This document shows, piece after piece, positions 10,123 through 20,288 of a stretch of 64,000 nt of DNA. Made by a program: the position numbers and the translations under genes. The stretch's first letter is position 1; every line of letters starts with the position of its first letter. Under the pieces are notes generated by a model. It saw only the letters and a program-made list of their open reading frames with translations, did not search any database and was not told where the DNA came from. Origin of the DNA: Candidatus Kerfeldbacteria bacterium (GTDB lineage: Bacteria > Patescibacteriota > Patescibacteriia > UBA10025 > JAHIVO01); contig CP181398.1 in assembly GCA_047946875.1 (NCBI GenBank), positions 463,818 to 527,817 on the forward strand, given 5' to 3'.

Positions 10123-11324
10123 TGATAATTGGAATAGATGCCTCAAGAGCAAATAAAGAAAATAAAACTGGCACAGAATGGTATGCCTATAATGTACTAG
10201 AGGAGTTTAAAAAAATCATACCAAAAGAAGACCAAGTTATTTTATACTCTAAAGATAAATTAAGAGGGGATTTGTCAAAACTTCCAAATAATTTTTCTAA
10301 CAAAATACTAAGATGGCCACCAGGTTTTTTGTGGACTCAATTGAGACTTTCTTGGGAAGTCTTTTTTCATAAGCCAGATGTATTGTTTATTCCTGCACAT
10401 ACCATCCCATTACTTTCACCAAAAAAAACAGTCACAACTTTACATGATGTGGGTTTTGAAGAATTTCATGAGTTGTATTCAAAAAAAACAATTGGTCCAG
10501 AAAATTTTATTATAAATTTCATATTTGGAATAGCTTTTAGAATATTAACTTTAGGAAAGTACAAAAATAATGAATTAGAATATCATAGATGGTCTGCTAG
10601 ATTAGCGCTAGAGAAAGCAAAAAAGGTAATTACGATTTCAGATTTTTCTATAAATGAAATAAAAAAACATTTTAATATAAGTGGTGATAAACTAGTGAAT
10701 GTATATAATTCATATAATCCTATATTTCGAAAAATTAGTGATGAAAGTGAAATTAATAAAATATTGCAAAAATATAATATTAAAGATAATTTCTTTTTGT
10801 ATATAGGTAGACTTGAAGAAAAGAAAAATATTCCAAGATTGATTGAGGCATTTAGTATTTTTAAAAAAGAAAATTTTTGTGATACAAAATTAGTTTTAGT
10901 AGGGGCGCAAGGATTTGGATATGATAGAGTGAAAAGTAATATAATAAAATATAATTTAGAGAGTGAAGTAATAGAATTAGGTTGGATAGATAATATAGAT
11001 CTACCATATTTAGTAAATGCAGCTAAGATTTTTTGCTTTCCATCATTATACGAAGGTTTTGGTATGCCGATAATTGAAGCTATGGTTTGTGGCACTCCAG
11101 TTATTACGTCTGATTTCGGCGCAATGAAAGAGGTGGCTAAAGATGCTGCTCTGTTAGTTGATTCATATAATATAAAAAATATAGCAGACGGTATGAGTAT
11201 AATTTATAATGACAATGAATTGTCTGAAAAACTAGTACAAAAAGGTTTTGAAAGAGTTAAGAGTTTTTCTTGGGAAAAAACAGCTTCAATGATAAAAGAG
11301 GTAATATATAATGTAGCTAAGTAG
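10122..11324 (+). CDS. Glycosyltransferase family 1 (GT4-like)
   Basis: The C-terminal motif FCFPSLYEGFGMPIIEAMVCGTPVITSD is the GT1 EX7E region. It is 400 aa. Confidence 0.75.
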   Translation: MIIGIDASRANKENKTGTEWYAYNVLEEFKKIIPKEDQVILYSKDKLRGDLSKLPNNFSNKILRWPPGFLWTQLRLSWEVFFHKPDVLFIPAHTIPLLSPKKTVTTLHDVGFEEFHELYSKKTIGPENFIINFIFGIAFRILTLGKYKNNELEYHRWSARLALEKAKKVITISDFSINEIKKHFNISGDKLVNVYNSYNPIFRKISDESEINKILQKYNIKDNFFLYIGRLEEKKNIPRLIEAFSIFKKENFCDTKLVLVGAQGFGYDRVKSNIIKYNLESEVIELGWIDNIDLPYLVNAAKIFCFPSLYEGFGMPIIEAMVCGTPVITSDFGAMKEVAKDAALLVDSYNIKNIADGMSIIYNDNELSEKLVQKGFERVKSFSWEKTASMIKEVIYNVAK

Positions 11325-11417
11325 GTTAAATATATCAAAACATAAACTTGCAAAAAAATGCGATTTATGTTATGTTATAAATTATAAATTTATTAAATAT
11401 ATTGAAATTAGTACAGT

Positions 11418-12425
11418 ATGACTAAGTCTGAGAAAAATTTCTCATGGCCAATATTAGGTCATAGTCAAATTAAAAAGTATTTACAAAAGTCTATTGAGTC
11501 AAATAAAATTGCGCATGCATATTTATTTTACGGACCAGAGAACGTAGGTAAATCAGAAATAGCTGATATATTTTGTATGTCATTATTGTGCAAAAGTACG
11601 CTAAATAAGCCCTGTCATAAATGTAGTTCATGTAAGCAATATATTAAAGGTATTTATCCAGACGTAATAGTAATTGACAAAGAAGAAGACAAGCAAAATA
11701 TTACGATAAATCAAATTAGGAAATTACAACAAAAATTATCATTGAAATCTTTTTTAACTGATTATAAAATAACGATCATTAGAAATTCAGAGTTGATGAC
11801 TGAGCAAGCTTCAAATGCTTTATTGAAAACACTAGAAGAACCTTTTTCAAAAACAATATTTATTTTATTAACTGAAAACAAAAGTAAACTACCCGATACA
11901 ATATCTTCAAGGTGTCAAATAATAAATTTTAACCTAGTTCCAATTTTTCAAATTGAAAATTGGTTAATATTGCAAGGAATAGCTAAAAGAGATTCAAAAT
12001 TATTTGCGCATGCATCTAATGGAAGGCCTAAATTAGCAAAAGTATTCATCGATGATAAGAATTATACTGTAAATCAAAGAGAGTCCATAAAAGTATTGTT
12101 AGAAATTATAAAAAATAGTAACGTAAATGAAAAATTTTTGTTAGTTGATAAAATTATACCTAAAAAAACTGAAAATAGGATTGAATCATTAATATTTACT
12201 TTAGATCAATGGGAATATTTCATTAGAGATATTATGTTAGCTAAAAATCATAATATAAATATAATTAGTAATTACTACTTTAAAGAAACAATATCAAAAT
12301 TAGCAGAGTCTTTAAAAAATAAGAATCTAGTTACATTGTTAGAAAACATATATAAGTCAAAAAAGTTACTATTAAGTTCTGTTAATCCAAAATTAATTTT
12401 TGAAAATTTATCACTATCATTCTAA
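11418..12425 (+). CDS. holB: DNA polymerase III delta-prime subunit
   Basis: AHAYLFYGPENVGKSEIA (degenerate Walker A), the zinc module CHKCSSCKQY and the SRC motif (ISSRCQ) are present. The size is about 335 aa. Confidence 0.7.
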   Translation: MTKSEKNFSWPILGHSQIKKYLQKSIESNKIAHAYLFYGPENVGKSEIADIFCMSLLCKSTLNKPCHKCSSCKQYIKGIYPDVIVIDKEEDKQNITINQIRKLQQKLSLKSFLTDYKITIIRNSELMTEQASNALLKTLEEPFSKTIFILLTENKSKLPDTISSRCQIINFNLVPIFQIENWLILQGIAKRDSKLFAHASNGRPKLAKVFIDDKNYTVNQRESIKVLLEIIKNSNVNEKFLLVDKIIPKKTENRIESLIFTLDQWEYFIRDIMLAKNHNINIISNYYFKETISKLAESLKNKNLVTLLENIYKSKKLLLSSVNPKLIFENLSLSF

Positions 12426-12428
12426 AAT

Positions 12429-13478
12429 ATGAATAAAAAAATAATAGTTATCATATTTGTAATAATTTCAACTGTAATACTATCCGGATGTAGTATAAAA
12501 ACAAGCGCCACAAAAAGTGATGGGGGAATTTTTAAGACAACTGATTTTGGATCAAATTGGATACAAAAATCTTTTGTTGAAAACACTGAAGAAGGCGTTA
12601 TTACAATAGGTAGGACCAATACTAATTTTTTAGTTTTCGATCCAATAGATGAAGATACAATATACTTATCAACAACCGGTAACGGAGTGTATGCTACTAC
12701 TAATTCTGGGGATCAATGGTTTCCAACAACATTATCATCAGGAACCTATAAGAGCTTGAGTATTGATAGAAGAAATAATGATGTTGTTTATGTTACTGAA
12801 GGAAAAAATATATTTAAATCAGTTGATGGCTTTAAAACATGGAACAATATATATATCGAAAATAGACCAGGGCAAATTATTACGAGTGTAATTGTAGATC
12901 GTTTCAAGCCAAATGTAGTTTATGCAGCTACTACCACAAGTATTCTAAAAAGTTTTGATTATGGGAATAGTTGGGAATTACTTGACTGGGAAGGCATAGT
13001 TATAATATATATGGCACAAAGCGAAATAAACCCAAATAATTTATACGCGCTTACAAACTCAGGAATATATAAGTCTACAAACAATGCACTTGAATGGATA
13101 TTGATGAGTGAAGGTTTAACTGAATATCCAGGAGGTAATGTTATTACTTGGTTTCAATTTGATCCAAAAACTGAGAATATAATTCTCGGAACGAATTTTG
13201 GGATTATTAGAAGTACAGATGGAGCGAATACTTGGCATGATATACCAACATTATTTGAATTTAAAAAGATTGCAATTAAGCCAGTAATTTATAACCCAAA
13301 TGATTTAAGTGAATTAATTTTTGCAGTTGGTAATGTAATTTACAAAACAGACGATAGCGGTGCAACCTGGAAAACATTAAAAACAGTAGCAACTACACGA
13401 ACTATTAATTATTTAATTGCTGATCCGTATCATGATGATGTAATTTTTGCTGGTACGTATCAAGCACCTACAAAATAA
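12429..13478 (+). CDS. Lipoprotein with BNR/Asp-box repeats (beta-propeller)
   Basis: Signal peptide with lipobox LSGCS. It carries repeated S-x-D-x-G-x-(T/S)-W motifs (SGDQW, DGFKTW, YGNSW, DGANTW, DSGATW). Confidence 0.55.
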   Translation: MNKKIIVIIFVIISTVILSGCSIKTSATKSDGGIFKTTDFGSNWIQKSFVENTEEGVITIGRTNTNFLVFDPIDEDTIYLSTTGNGVYATTNSGDQWFPTTLSSGTYKSLSIDRRNNDVVYVTEGKNIFKSVDGFKTWNNIYIENRPGQIITSVIVDRFKPNVVYAATTTSILKSFDYGNSWELLDWEGIVIIYMAQSEINPNNLYALTNSGIYKSTNNALEWILMSEGLTEYPGGNVITWFQFDPKTENIILGTNFGIIRSTDGANTWHDIPTLFEFKKIAIKPVIYNPNDLSELIFAVGNVIYKTDDSGATWKTLKTVATTRTINYLIADPYHDDVIFAGTYQAPTK

Positions 13479-13492
13479 ATATTAAAAAATAT

Positions 13493-14044
13493 ATGAGTAT
13501 AATAAGTGATAAAGAGTTTTATTTCGAAGATGCAATTAATTATTTAAAAAATGAACTAAACCAAATAAGGACTGGTACAGCTAATCCTTCTTTAGTAGAA
13601 AATATTAAAGTTGATTATTATGGTACTTTAACGCCATTAAATCAATTGGCAAATATAAGTATTCCAGATCCAAAGTCTATAGTGATTCAACCTTGGGATA
13701 AAAACATCATGAAGGAAATAGAAAAATCAATTCAGCAAACCGATTTAGGGTTAAATCCAGTAAACGAAGGAGAACAGCTTCGCATACCAATTCCTCCATT
13801 AACAGAAGAGAGAAGAAAAGATCTAGCAAAAAAAGTTCATGAGAAAACTGAAGATTGTAAGATTAGTATTAGAAATACACGTGAAGAAATTTGGAAAGAA
13901 ATAAAAGAGAAGAAGAATAATGGAGAGATATCAGAAGATGATATGTTTAATCAACAAAAGGAATTACAAAAATTGATTGAAGAGAAAAATAACCTCACTA
14001 AAGAAATCGGAGAGGGGAAAGAAAAAGAAGTTTTAACTTTATAA
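13493..14044 (+). CDS. frr: Ribosome recycling factor
   Basis: 183 aa. The sequence ...LNQIRTGTANPSLVENIKVDYYGTLTPLNQLANISIPDPKSIVIQPWDKN... is the RRF signature. Confidence 0.9.
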   Translation: MSIISDKEFYFEDAINYLKNELNQIRTGTANPSLVENIKVDYYGTLTPLNQLANISIPDPKSIVIQPWDKNIMKEIEKSIQQTDLGLNPVNEGEQLRIPIPPLTEERRKDLAKKVHEKTEDCKISIRNTREEIWKEIKEKKNNGEISEDDMFNQQKELQKLIEEKNNLTKEIGEGKEKEVLTL

Positions 14045-14050
14045 CAAGAT

Positions 14051-15229
14051 ATGTTTCTTACCGTAATAATATTTATAGTAGTTTTAGGTTTAATAGTCTT
14101 TGTTCATGAATTAGGACATTTTTATTCTGCTAAAAAATTAGGTATTGGAGTAGAAGAGTTTGGATTTGGTTTTCCACCTAGATTATTTGGGATTCAGAAG
14201 ATTAATGGAACTAAAAAATGGAAATTTATAAAAGGGTCAAAAACTCCCGAAATTACTGCTGAAACAAAAGGTAATGTAATATATTCTTTGAATTGGATAC
14301 CTATTGGTGGATTTGTAAAAATTAAAGGTGAACAAGGTGATCAAAAAGATGAAGATGATAGTTTTTCAAGTAAAAAAATTTGGAAAAGGGTTGTAGTATT
14401 ATCAGCAGGTGTAGCTATGAATTTTATTTTTGCATTCATAATAATAAGTATAGGTTTTGGTATTGGTATTCCAAATGCAGTAGATCAAGATGTACCAGAA
14501 TCAGCAATAGTCTTTGAACAAAAAATTCAAGTAGTGGAGGTTGAATCAGAATCACCTGCAGAAGAAGCTGGTATTAAACTCGGTGACATTATTGTATCTT
14601 CCAAGGAAGTATTTTTTGTAACAACGCAGGATTTTCAAGATTTTGCTGGTCCAAATTTAAATAATGAAATTATTTTAACCATCGATAGAGCTGGTGAAGA
14701 AATTGTGGTGAATGTAATTCCTGAAGATTTGAATGATAACGGTAAAGGAGCAGTAGGTATTTGGTTAGCAGATATTGGACTTATCAAATATCCTTGGTAT
14801 ATGGCTATATGGATGGGGGCTAAAACCACCGTCCAAATAACTTGGCAGATTCTAGTTGCTTTTTTTGAACTAATTAAAAACTTAATTATAACTCAAGAAG
14901 CGGGAATGGAATTAGCAGGACCAGTTGGTATTGCAGTTTTAACTGGTCAGGTAGCTAAACTTGGATTTATATATTTATTGCAATTTGCAGCGATACTTTC
15001 AATCAATTTAGGTATTATTAATTTTATACCCTTTCCAGCGCTAGATGGAGGAAGAGTTCTGTTTTTATTAATTGAAAAAATTCGAAAAAAACCAATGAAT
15101 GAAAAGATAGAAGCGATGATGCACAACTTCGGATTTTTATTACTAATACTACTTGTCCTTTTCGTTACATTTAAGGATATTAGTAAGTATGGCGACTCAA
15201 TAAAAGGATTTTTTACAAATATATTTTAA
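14051..15229 (+). CDS. rseP: RIP zinc metalloprotease RseP (site-2 protease, M50)
   Basis: An HELGH motif sits in the first TM helix, a central PDZ-like region follows, and a C-terminal LDGGR motif is present. It is polytopic. Confidence 0.85.
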   Translation: MFLTVIIFIVVLGLIVFVHELGHFYSAKKLGIGVEEFGFGFPPRLFGIQKINGTKKWKFIKGSKTPEITAETKGNVIYSLNWIPIGGFVKIKGEQGDQKDEDDSFSSKKIWKRVVVLSAGVAMNFIFAFIIISIGFGIGIPNAVDQDVPESAIVFEQKIQVVEVESESPAEEAGIKLGDIIVSSKEVFFVTTQDFQDFAGPNLNNEIILTIDRAGEEIVVNVIPEDLNDNGKGAVGIWLADIGLIKYPWYMAIWMGAKTTVQITWQILVAFFELIKNLIITQEAGMELAGPVGIAVLTGQVAKLGFIYLLQFAAILSINLGIINFIPFPALDGGRVLFLLIEKIRKKPMNEKIEAMMHNFGFLLLILLVLFVTFKDISKYGDSIKGFFTNIF

Positions 15230-15247
15230 TTATAAGGAAATTAAACC

Positions 15248-16309
15248 GTGGGAATATTTAATAACTTTTTTGGAAAATTTTCTAGAGATATGGGCATTGA
15301 TTTAGGTACTGCAAATACCTTGGTTTATGTTAAGGATAAAGGGATAATTATAAATGAACCTTCGGTTGTAGCTGTTAATACAAGAAATGATCAAATATTA
15401 GCAGTTGGCGAAGAAGCTCAAAAAATGATTGGTAAAACTCCTGCTCATATAGTTGCATCACGACCATTAGTTGATGGTGTGATCTCCGATTTTGAAATAA
15501 CTGAGAAAATGTTAAAATATTTTATTGACAAGGTTCATCGTGAAAGTTTTTCTATTTTGCCTAGACCACGAATTGTAATTGGTATTCCATTGGGTGTAAC
15601 AGAAGTTGAAAGAAAAGCAGTAGAAGATGCCTGTTTGAGTGCTGGTGCACGTGAAGTATTTCTAATAGAAGAGCCAATGGCTGCTGCTATTGGTGCAAGA
15701 ATGCCAATACAAGAAGCCACTGGTAGCATGGTAGTTGATATAGGTGGTGGAACAACAGAAATCGCTGTTATCTCATTAGGTGGAGTTATTACATGGAAGT
15801 CTATACGAATCGCAGGTGATGAGTTAGATAAAAATATTATACAATACGCCCGGGACCATTTTAATTTGTTGCTTGGAGATAGAACAGCTGAGGTTATTAA
15901 ATTAAAAATTGGATCTGCTTTTTCTTCTGAGGATCCTTTGACAACCACTATGAGAGGTAGAGATTTAATAACAGGTTTACCAAAAGAAGTAGAAGTAAAT
16001 AGTAATCACGTTCGTGAAGCAATTTCTAGATCATTAAGACAAATTATTGAAAATATAAAATCAACAATTGAAATAACACCCCCAGAATTAGTAGCTGATA
16101 TATTTGAAAGAGGTATAGTGTTGACCGGTGGTGGTGCTTTATTGAATAATTTAGATAAATTAATAAACCGTGAAACTAAAATACCTGTACATATTACAGA
16201 TGATCCTTTAACAGCTGTAGCAAGAGGTACGGGTATAGTATTAGATGACCTTGAAGCTTTAAAAGAAGTATTAGCTGATTCAGTTGATGCAAATACTTTT
16301 AAAAACTAA
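15248..16309 (+). CDS. mreB: Rod-shape determining protein MreB (paralog 2, in mreBCD cluster)
   Basis: MGIDLGTANTLVYV...VVDIGGGTTEIAV...LTGGGALL are present. It lies immediately upstream of mreC. Confidence 0.9.
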   Translation: MGIFNNFFGKFSRDMGIDLGTANTLVYVKDKGIIINEPSVVAVNTRNDQILAVGEEAQKMIGKTPAHIVASRPLVDGVISDFEITEKMLKYFIDKVHRESFSILPRPRIVIGIPLGVTEVERKAVEDACLSAGAREVFLIEEPMAAAIGARMPIQEATGSMVVDIGGGTTEIAVISLGGVITWKSIRIAGDELDKNIIQYARDHFNLLLGDRTAEVIKLKIGSAFSSEDPLTTTMRGRDLITGLPKEVEVNSNHVREAISRSLRQIIENIKSTIEITPPELVADIFERGIVLTGGGALLNNLDKLINRETKIPVHITDDPLTAVARGTGIVLDDLEALKEVLADSVDANTFKN

Positions 16310-16312
16310 ACT

Positions 16313-17128
16313 ATGAAGAAGATTCTTGCTACAAAATGGGGAATGGTAATTTTAGGTATTATTATTGTTATTGTATTAATTTCTTTGACAAGATTTGGAG
16401 TATTTAAATTTGCCGACAGCACTATGTCATATGCATTTTCACCTATACAGTCATTTTTTTCGTCGAGTGCAGATAAAATTTCAAACTTTTTTGTATATTT
16501 TAGTGATATTAAAGATTTGCAAAAAGAAAACGAATCACTAAATGAAGAAATTTCATTATTAACTGTTGAAAATCTTCAATTGCAAAGTACAATCAAAAGC
16601 AGTGAAATAGTGCTTGAAGAATTAAAATATATTACTGAATATAATTATAATTCAGTTACTGCAAAAATTGTTAGTAGAGGGATAGGAGATTATTTAAATT
16701 CTATTATTATTAATAAAGGTTTAAATGATAATATACAAAAAGGTTTCCCAGTTATAGCAAATTCTGGTCATTTGATTGGTAAAATTATTGAAGTTAACGA
16801 TTATACTTCAAAAGTAATACTATTAAATGATAATCATAGTAAAGTGAGCGCTTTAATACAAAATAGTGATCTTAGTCCAGGTATAGTTGCTGGTCAGTAT
16901 GGAATTACGCTTAGGATGATTCTTGTACCACAAGATCAGCTGATTCAAAATGAAGAAATTGTTATAACTTCAGGAATTGAAGAATTTATACCTGCTGATT
17001 TGATTATAGGTAAAATATCAGGTGTGTTTAAAAAAGAAAGTGAGCTTTTTCAAGAGGCAGATGTAGAGCCAATTGTAGATTATAGTAATTTAAGTATTGT
17101 TTCAGTAATACTACCCGTTAATGATTAA
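16313..17128 (+). CDS. mreC: Rod-shape determining protein MreC
   Basis: N-terminal TM helix, a coiled-coil segment (LQKENESLNEEISLLTVENLQLQ), then a beta-rich domain. It follows mreB. Confidence 0.75.
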   Translation: MKKILATKWGMVILGIIIVIVLISLTRFGVFKFADSTMSYAFSPIQSFFSSSADKISNFFVYFSDIKDLQKENESLNEEISLLTVENLQLQSTIKSSEIVLEELKYITEYNYNSVTAKIVSRGIGDYLNSIIINKGLNDNIQKGFPVIANSGHLIGKIIEVNDYTSKVILLNDNHSKVSALIQNSDLSPGIVAGQYGITLRMILVPQDQLIQNEEIVITSGIEEFIPADLIIGKISGVFKKESELFQEADVEPIVDYSNLSIVSVILPVND

Positions 17129-17645
17129 AAAAATATTACTACCTTTAATAATTATTCTTGTCAGTTTATTTCAAGTAAGCTTTATTGGGGAATTTGATTT
17201 TTTAAGAAATAATTTACAATTACTATTAGTCATAGTTATTGTGTTAACTTTCTATAGTTCATATAAGTCTGTTTTAATTTTTAGTATAATATCTGGTTTT
17301 ATTGTAGATTTATTTTCAATTTATAATTTTGGTGTTACCACTGCAGCATTTTTAATTACATTTTTACTAATAAATTTATTATTTAAAAGATTAATATCAA
17401 ATAAAGAAACATACTCATTGATTTTAGTTACTTTAATAGGTACAGTAGTTTATAACGTTTTTCTTTTTCTAGTAACAAATTCATTATATATAATTAATTT
17501 AAATTCCGTAAGAATTATATTTTCTTTTGATTTTTTGTACTCAATAATTTGGCAATTGATTATTCATTCATTTCTTATAATCATTATGTTAGTTTTAACA
17601 AAATTCATAAATAAGAAGTTAGTATCGAAATTTTTTATCAGTTAA
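17121..17645 (+). CDS. mreD: Rod-shape determining protein MreD (polytopic membrane)
   Basis: 174-aa hydrophobic protein overlapping the mreC stop. Its position between mreC and PBP2 is the canonical one. Confidence 0.55.
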   Translation: MIKKILLPLIIILVSLFQVSFIGEFDFLRNNLQLLLVIVIVLTFYSSYKSVLIFSIISGFIVDLFSIYNFGVTTAAFLITFLLINLLFKRLISNKETYSLILVTLIGTVVYNVFLFLVTNSLYIINLNSVRIIFSFDFLYSIIWQLIIHSFLIIIMLVLTKFINKKLVSKFFIS

Positions 17646-17656
17646 AAACCTTTTGA

Positions 17657-19573
17657 ATGGGACAAGATATTTTTAATATACATAGTGATGTTAACGACAC
17701 AGTGGAACGTGATCATCATAAAACAAAGTGGATAGAAGAGTCATTTTCTCCAGGTGAAAAAGAGGATGACTATATATCATCAAATTTTGATATTGGTAAA
17801 TTAAGAATATTATTTTTTGTAATATTGGCAATATTTATTTTTATAATAATTCGATTAGCATTTTTACAAATATATAAAGGAGATGAGTATCGTATTGCAG
17901 CTGAGGATAATAGATTGAGAATTGAAGAAATTAAAGCACCAAGGGGAGAAATTTTAGATCGAAATAGTAATGTATTGGTAAATAATATTCCAAATTTCAT
18001 TTTGTACTTTATACCAGCAGATTTGTCAACGGACGAATATTTAAGGGAATCAATAATTAATAAAATATCAAGTATATTGGATGTTGATCCTTATAATATA
18101 AGACAAATAATTGAATCAGAACAGGATTTTACTTTTAATAAAGTAGTTATTGAAGATCATATTTCTTATGATAAATCTTTATTATTGAATATAGCTAGTT
18201 CTGAATTACCTGGTATTGTATTAGAAACAACAAGTTTTCGTAATTATCTGACAAGTAACAATTATTCTCATCTATTGGGTTATATGGGGAAGGTTACAGA
18301 AAATGATTTGGAAGATGAAGAATTAAATTTTTCTCGTGATGATTATTTAGGAAAATCAGGAATTGAATTGTTTTACGAAAAAGAATTAAAGGGGGTACAT
18401 GGACAAAAAGAAATTGAAGTAAATTCATTTGGTAAAGAAAATAAAATTGTAAATATTTTAGAATCTCAGTCTGGTAGTACTTTAGTTCTTACCATTGATT
18501 CAGGTTTACAAAATGTATTGGGTGATAATTTAGAAGAAGTAATAAATAGCAAAGAAAGTATAACTGGTGGTGCAGCTATAGCTATTAATCCAACAAATGG
18601 AGAGGTTCTAGCATTAGTTTCAGCACCAAATTTTGACTCGAATAAATTCACTTTAGGTTTAAATCAAGAGGAATATGATGAAATAATAAATAACCCTAAA
18701 AAACCTTTATTCAATAGAGCAATTACTGGAGAATACCCATCTGGGTCTACAATTAAACCGGTTGTCTCTTTAGCTGCTCTTGAGGAAGGGATAGTAACTG
18801 AAAACACCACTTTTTTAAGTACCGGTGGAGTGCGTATTGATAAATGGTTTTTCCCTGACTGGAAGGCTGGTGGACATGGTATTACTGATGTAAGAAAAGC
18901 TTTAGCTGAATCAGTTAATACTTACTTTTATATGGTAGGTGGAGGGGATAATGAAACTACAACTGGATTAGGTGTTAGTACACTAACTAAATACATGAGC
19001 ATGTTTGGCTTAGGCCATACTTCAGGAATTGATCTGGTCGGTGAGTCATCAGGTTTTTTGCCATCAAAAGAATGGAAAGAAGAAATTAAAAATGAGAGAT
19101 GGTATATTGGAGATACTTATCATCTAAGTATTGGACAAGGTGATTTATTAGTAACCCCATTACAAGTAGCAAATTATACAGCAACGATTGCTAATGGTGG
19201 TACAGAGTATAAGCCTAGATTGCTAAAATCAATTGTCCCTAAAGATGATTCTGAAGAACAATTAATTGAACCAATAATTGTTAAACAAGATTTTTTAACT
19301 AAATATTATTATCAAATTGTTAAAGAGGGACTACGTGATGGTGTGCTTTATGGAAGTTCGAGATCATTAGGATCATTACCTGTTAGTTCGGCTGGTAAAA
19401 CTGGTACTGCTCAATTTGGAAATAAGGGAGAGACACATGCCTGGTTTACTTCATTTGCTCCATATGAATCACCAGAGATAGTGATAACTGTGTTAGTAGA
19501 AGGTGGAGGTGGCGGAGAAGCTGTTGCATTACCTATTGCAAAAAAAGGACTCGAATATTGGTTTTCTAAGTAA
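17657..19573 (+). CDS. mrdA: Penicillin-binding protein 2 (elongasome transpeptidase)
   Basis: N-terminal TM helix followed by a PBP dimerisation region. The transpeptidase motifs SGSTIKP (SxxK), SIGQG (SxN-like) and KTGTAQ (KTG) are present. Confidence 0.85.
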   Translation: MGQDIFNIHSDVNDTVERDHHKTKWIEESFSPGEKEDDYISSNFDIGKLRILFFVILAIFIFIIIRLAFLQIYKGDEYRIAAEDNRLRIEEIKAPRGEILDRNSNVLVNNIPNFILYFIPADLSTDEYLRESIINKISSILDVDPYNIRQIIESEQDFTFNKVVIEDHISYDKSLLLNIASSELPGIVLETTSFRNYLTSNNYSHLLGYMGKVTENDLEDEELNFSRDDYLGKSGIELFYEKELKGVHGQKEIEVNSFGKENKIVNILESQSGSTLVLTIDSGLQNVLGDNLEEVINSKESITGGAAIAINPTNGEVLALVSAPNFDSNKFTLGLNQEEYDEIINNPKKPLFNRAITGEYPSGSTIKPVVSLAALEEGIVTENTTFLSTGGVRIDKWFFPDWKAGGHGITDVRKALAESVNTYFYMVGGGDNETTTGLGVSTLTKYMSMFGLGHTSGIDLVGESSGFLPSKEWKEEIKNERWYIGDTYHLSIGQGDLLVTPLQVANYTATIANGGTEYKPRLLKSIVPKDDSEEQLIEPIIVKQDFLTKYYYQIVKEGLRDGVLYGSSRSLGSLPVSSAGKTGTAQFGNKGETHAWFTSFAPYESPEIVITVLVEGGGGGEAVALPIAKKGLEYWFSK

Positions 19574-19737
19574 AATATTATTAACTCTATAATCAACTTG
19601 ACAAAATATTGATAAAGTAGGATTATAAAGAAGTAAAAATAATATATATAAATCAAGCAGAATAATAAATTGCCATGTGTTATATTTATTATGTTAAAAA
19701 TTGTAATATATATTTTTAATCAAGTAATTAAAGTATT

Positions 19738-20214
19738 ATGAATAAATTGAATGATCAGGTAACATTTATAACATCCGAAGGTAAACAAAAATTAATAGAT
19801 GAGTTGGATGATCTAGTAAATATTCAAAGGATTAAAATTAGTAAAAGAATTCAAGAAGCAAAGGAATTAGGTGATTTATCAGAAAATGCAGAATATGCAG
19901 AGGCTAAAAATGATCAAGCTTTTAATGATGGTAGAATTTTGGAAGTTAAAGCTACTTTAAGAACGGCAACTGTAATAAAAAAAGATAAAGGTAATAAAAA
20001 TAAAATTGGTCTGGGAGCTAAAATCAAGATCAAAGAAGATGATAAAACTTTGGAGTACCATATAGTGGGTTTTAATGAAGCAGATCCTGCGGGAGGTAAA
20101 ATTTCTAATGAATCACCAATCGGACAAGCTTTTTTAGGTAAAATTGTAGGTGATATAGTAGAAATAGACATACCTTCTGGTAAAAAACGATTTGAAATTC
20201 TTTCAATATCTTAA
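19738..20214 (+). CDS. greA: Transcription elongation factor GreA
   Basis: 158 aa with an N-terminal coiled coil (LSENAEYAEAKNDQAFNDGRILEV) and a C-terminal FKBP-like domain. Confidence 0.9.
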   Translation: MNKLNDQVTFITSEGKQKLIDELDDLVNIQRIKISKRIQEAKELGDLSENAEYAEAKNDQAFNDGRILEVKATLRTATVIKKDKGNKNKIGLGAKIKIKEDDKTLEYHIVGFNEADPAGGKISNESPIGQAFLGKIVGDIVEIDIPSGKKRFEILSIS

Positions 20215-20288
20215 ACGACACTAACCATGAACAGGCAGTTGCCTGATAGTATATTTTTTGGTATTCTTAAAATAATAAATACATAATT

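Noticed and set aside
19574-19737. Sigma70 promoter upstream of greA (TTGACA at 19606)
   Set aside because: The TTGACA is present, but the best downstream -10 candidates (GATTAT/TATAAA) fall at 17-19-nt spacings and do not match well. The call is too weak to report as a feature.
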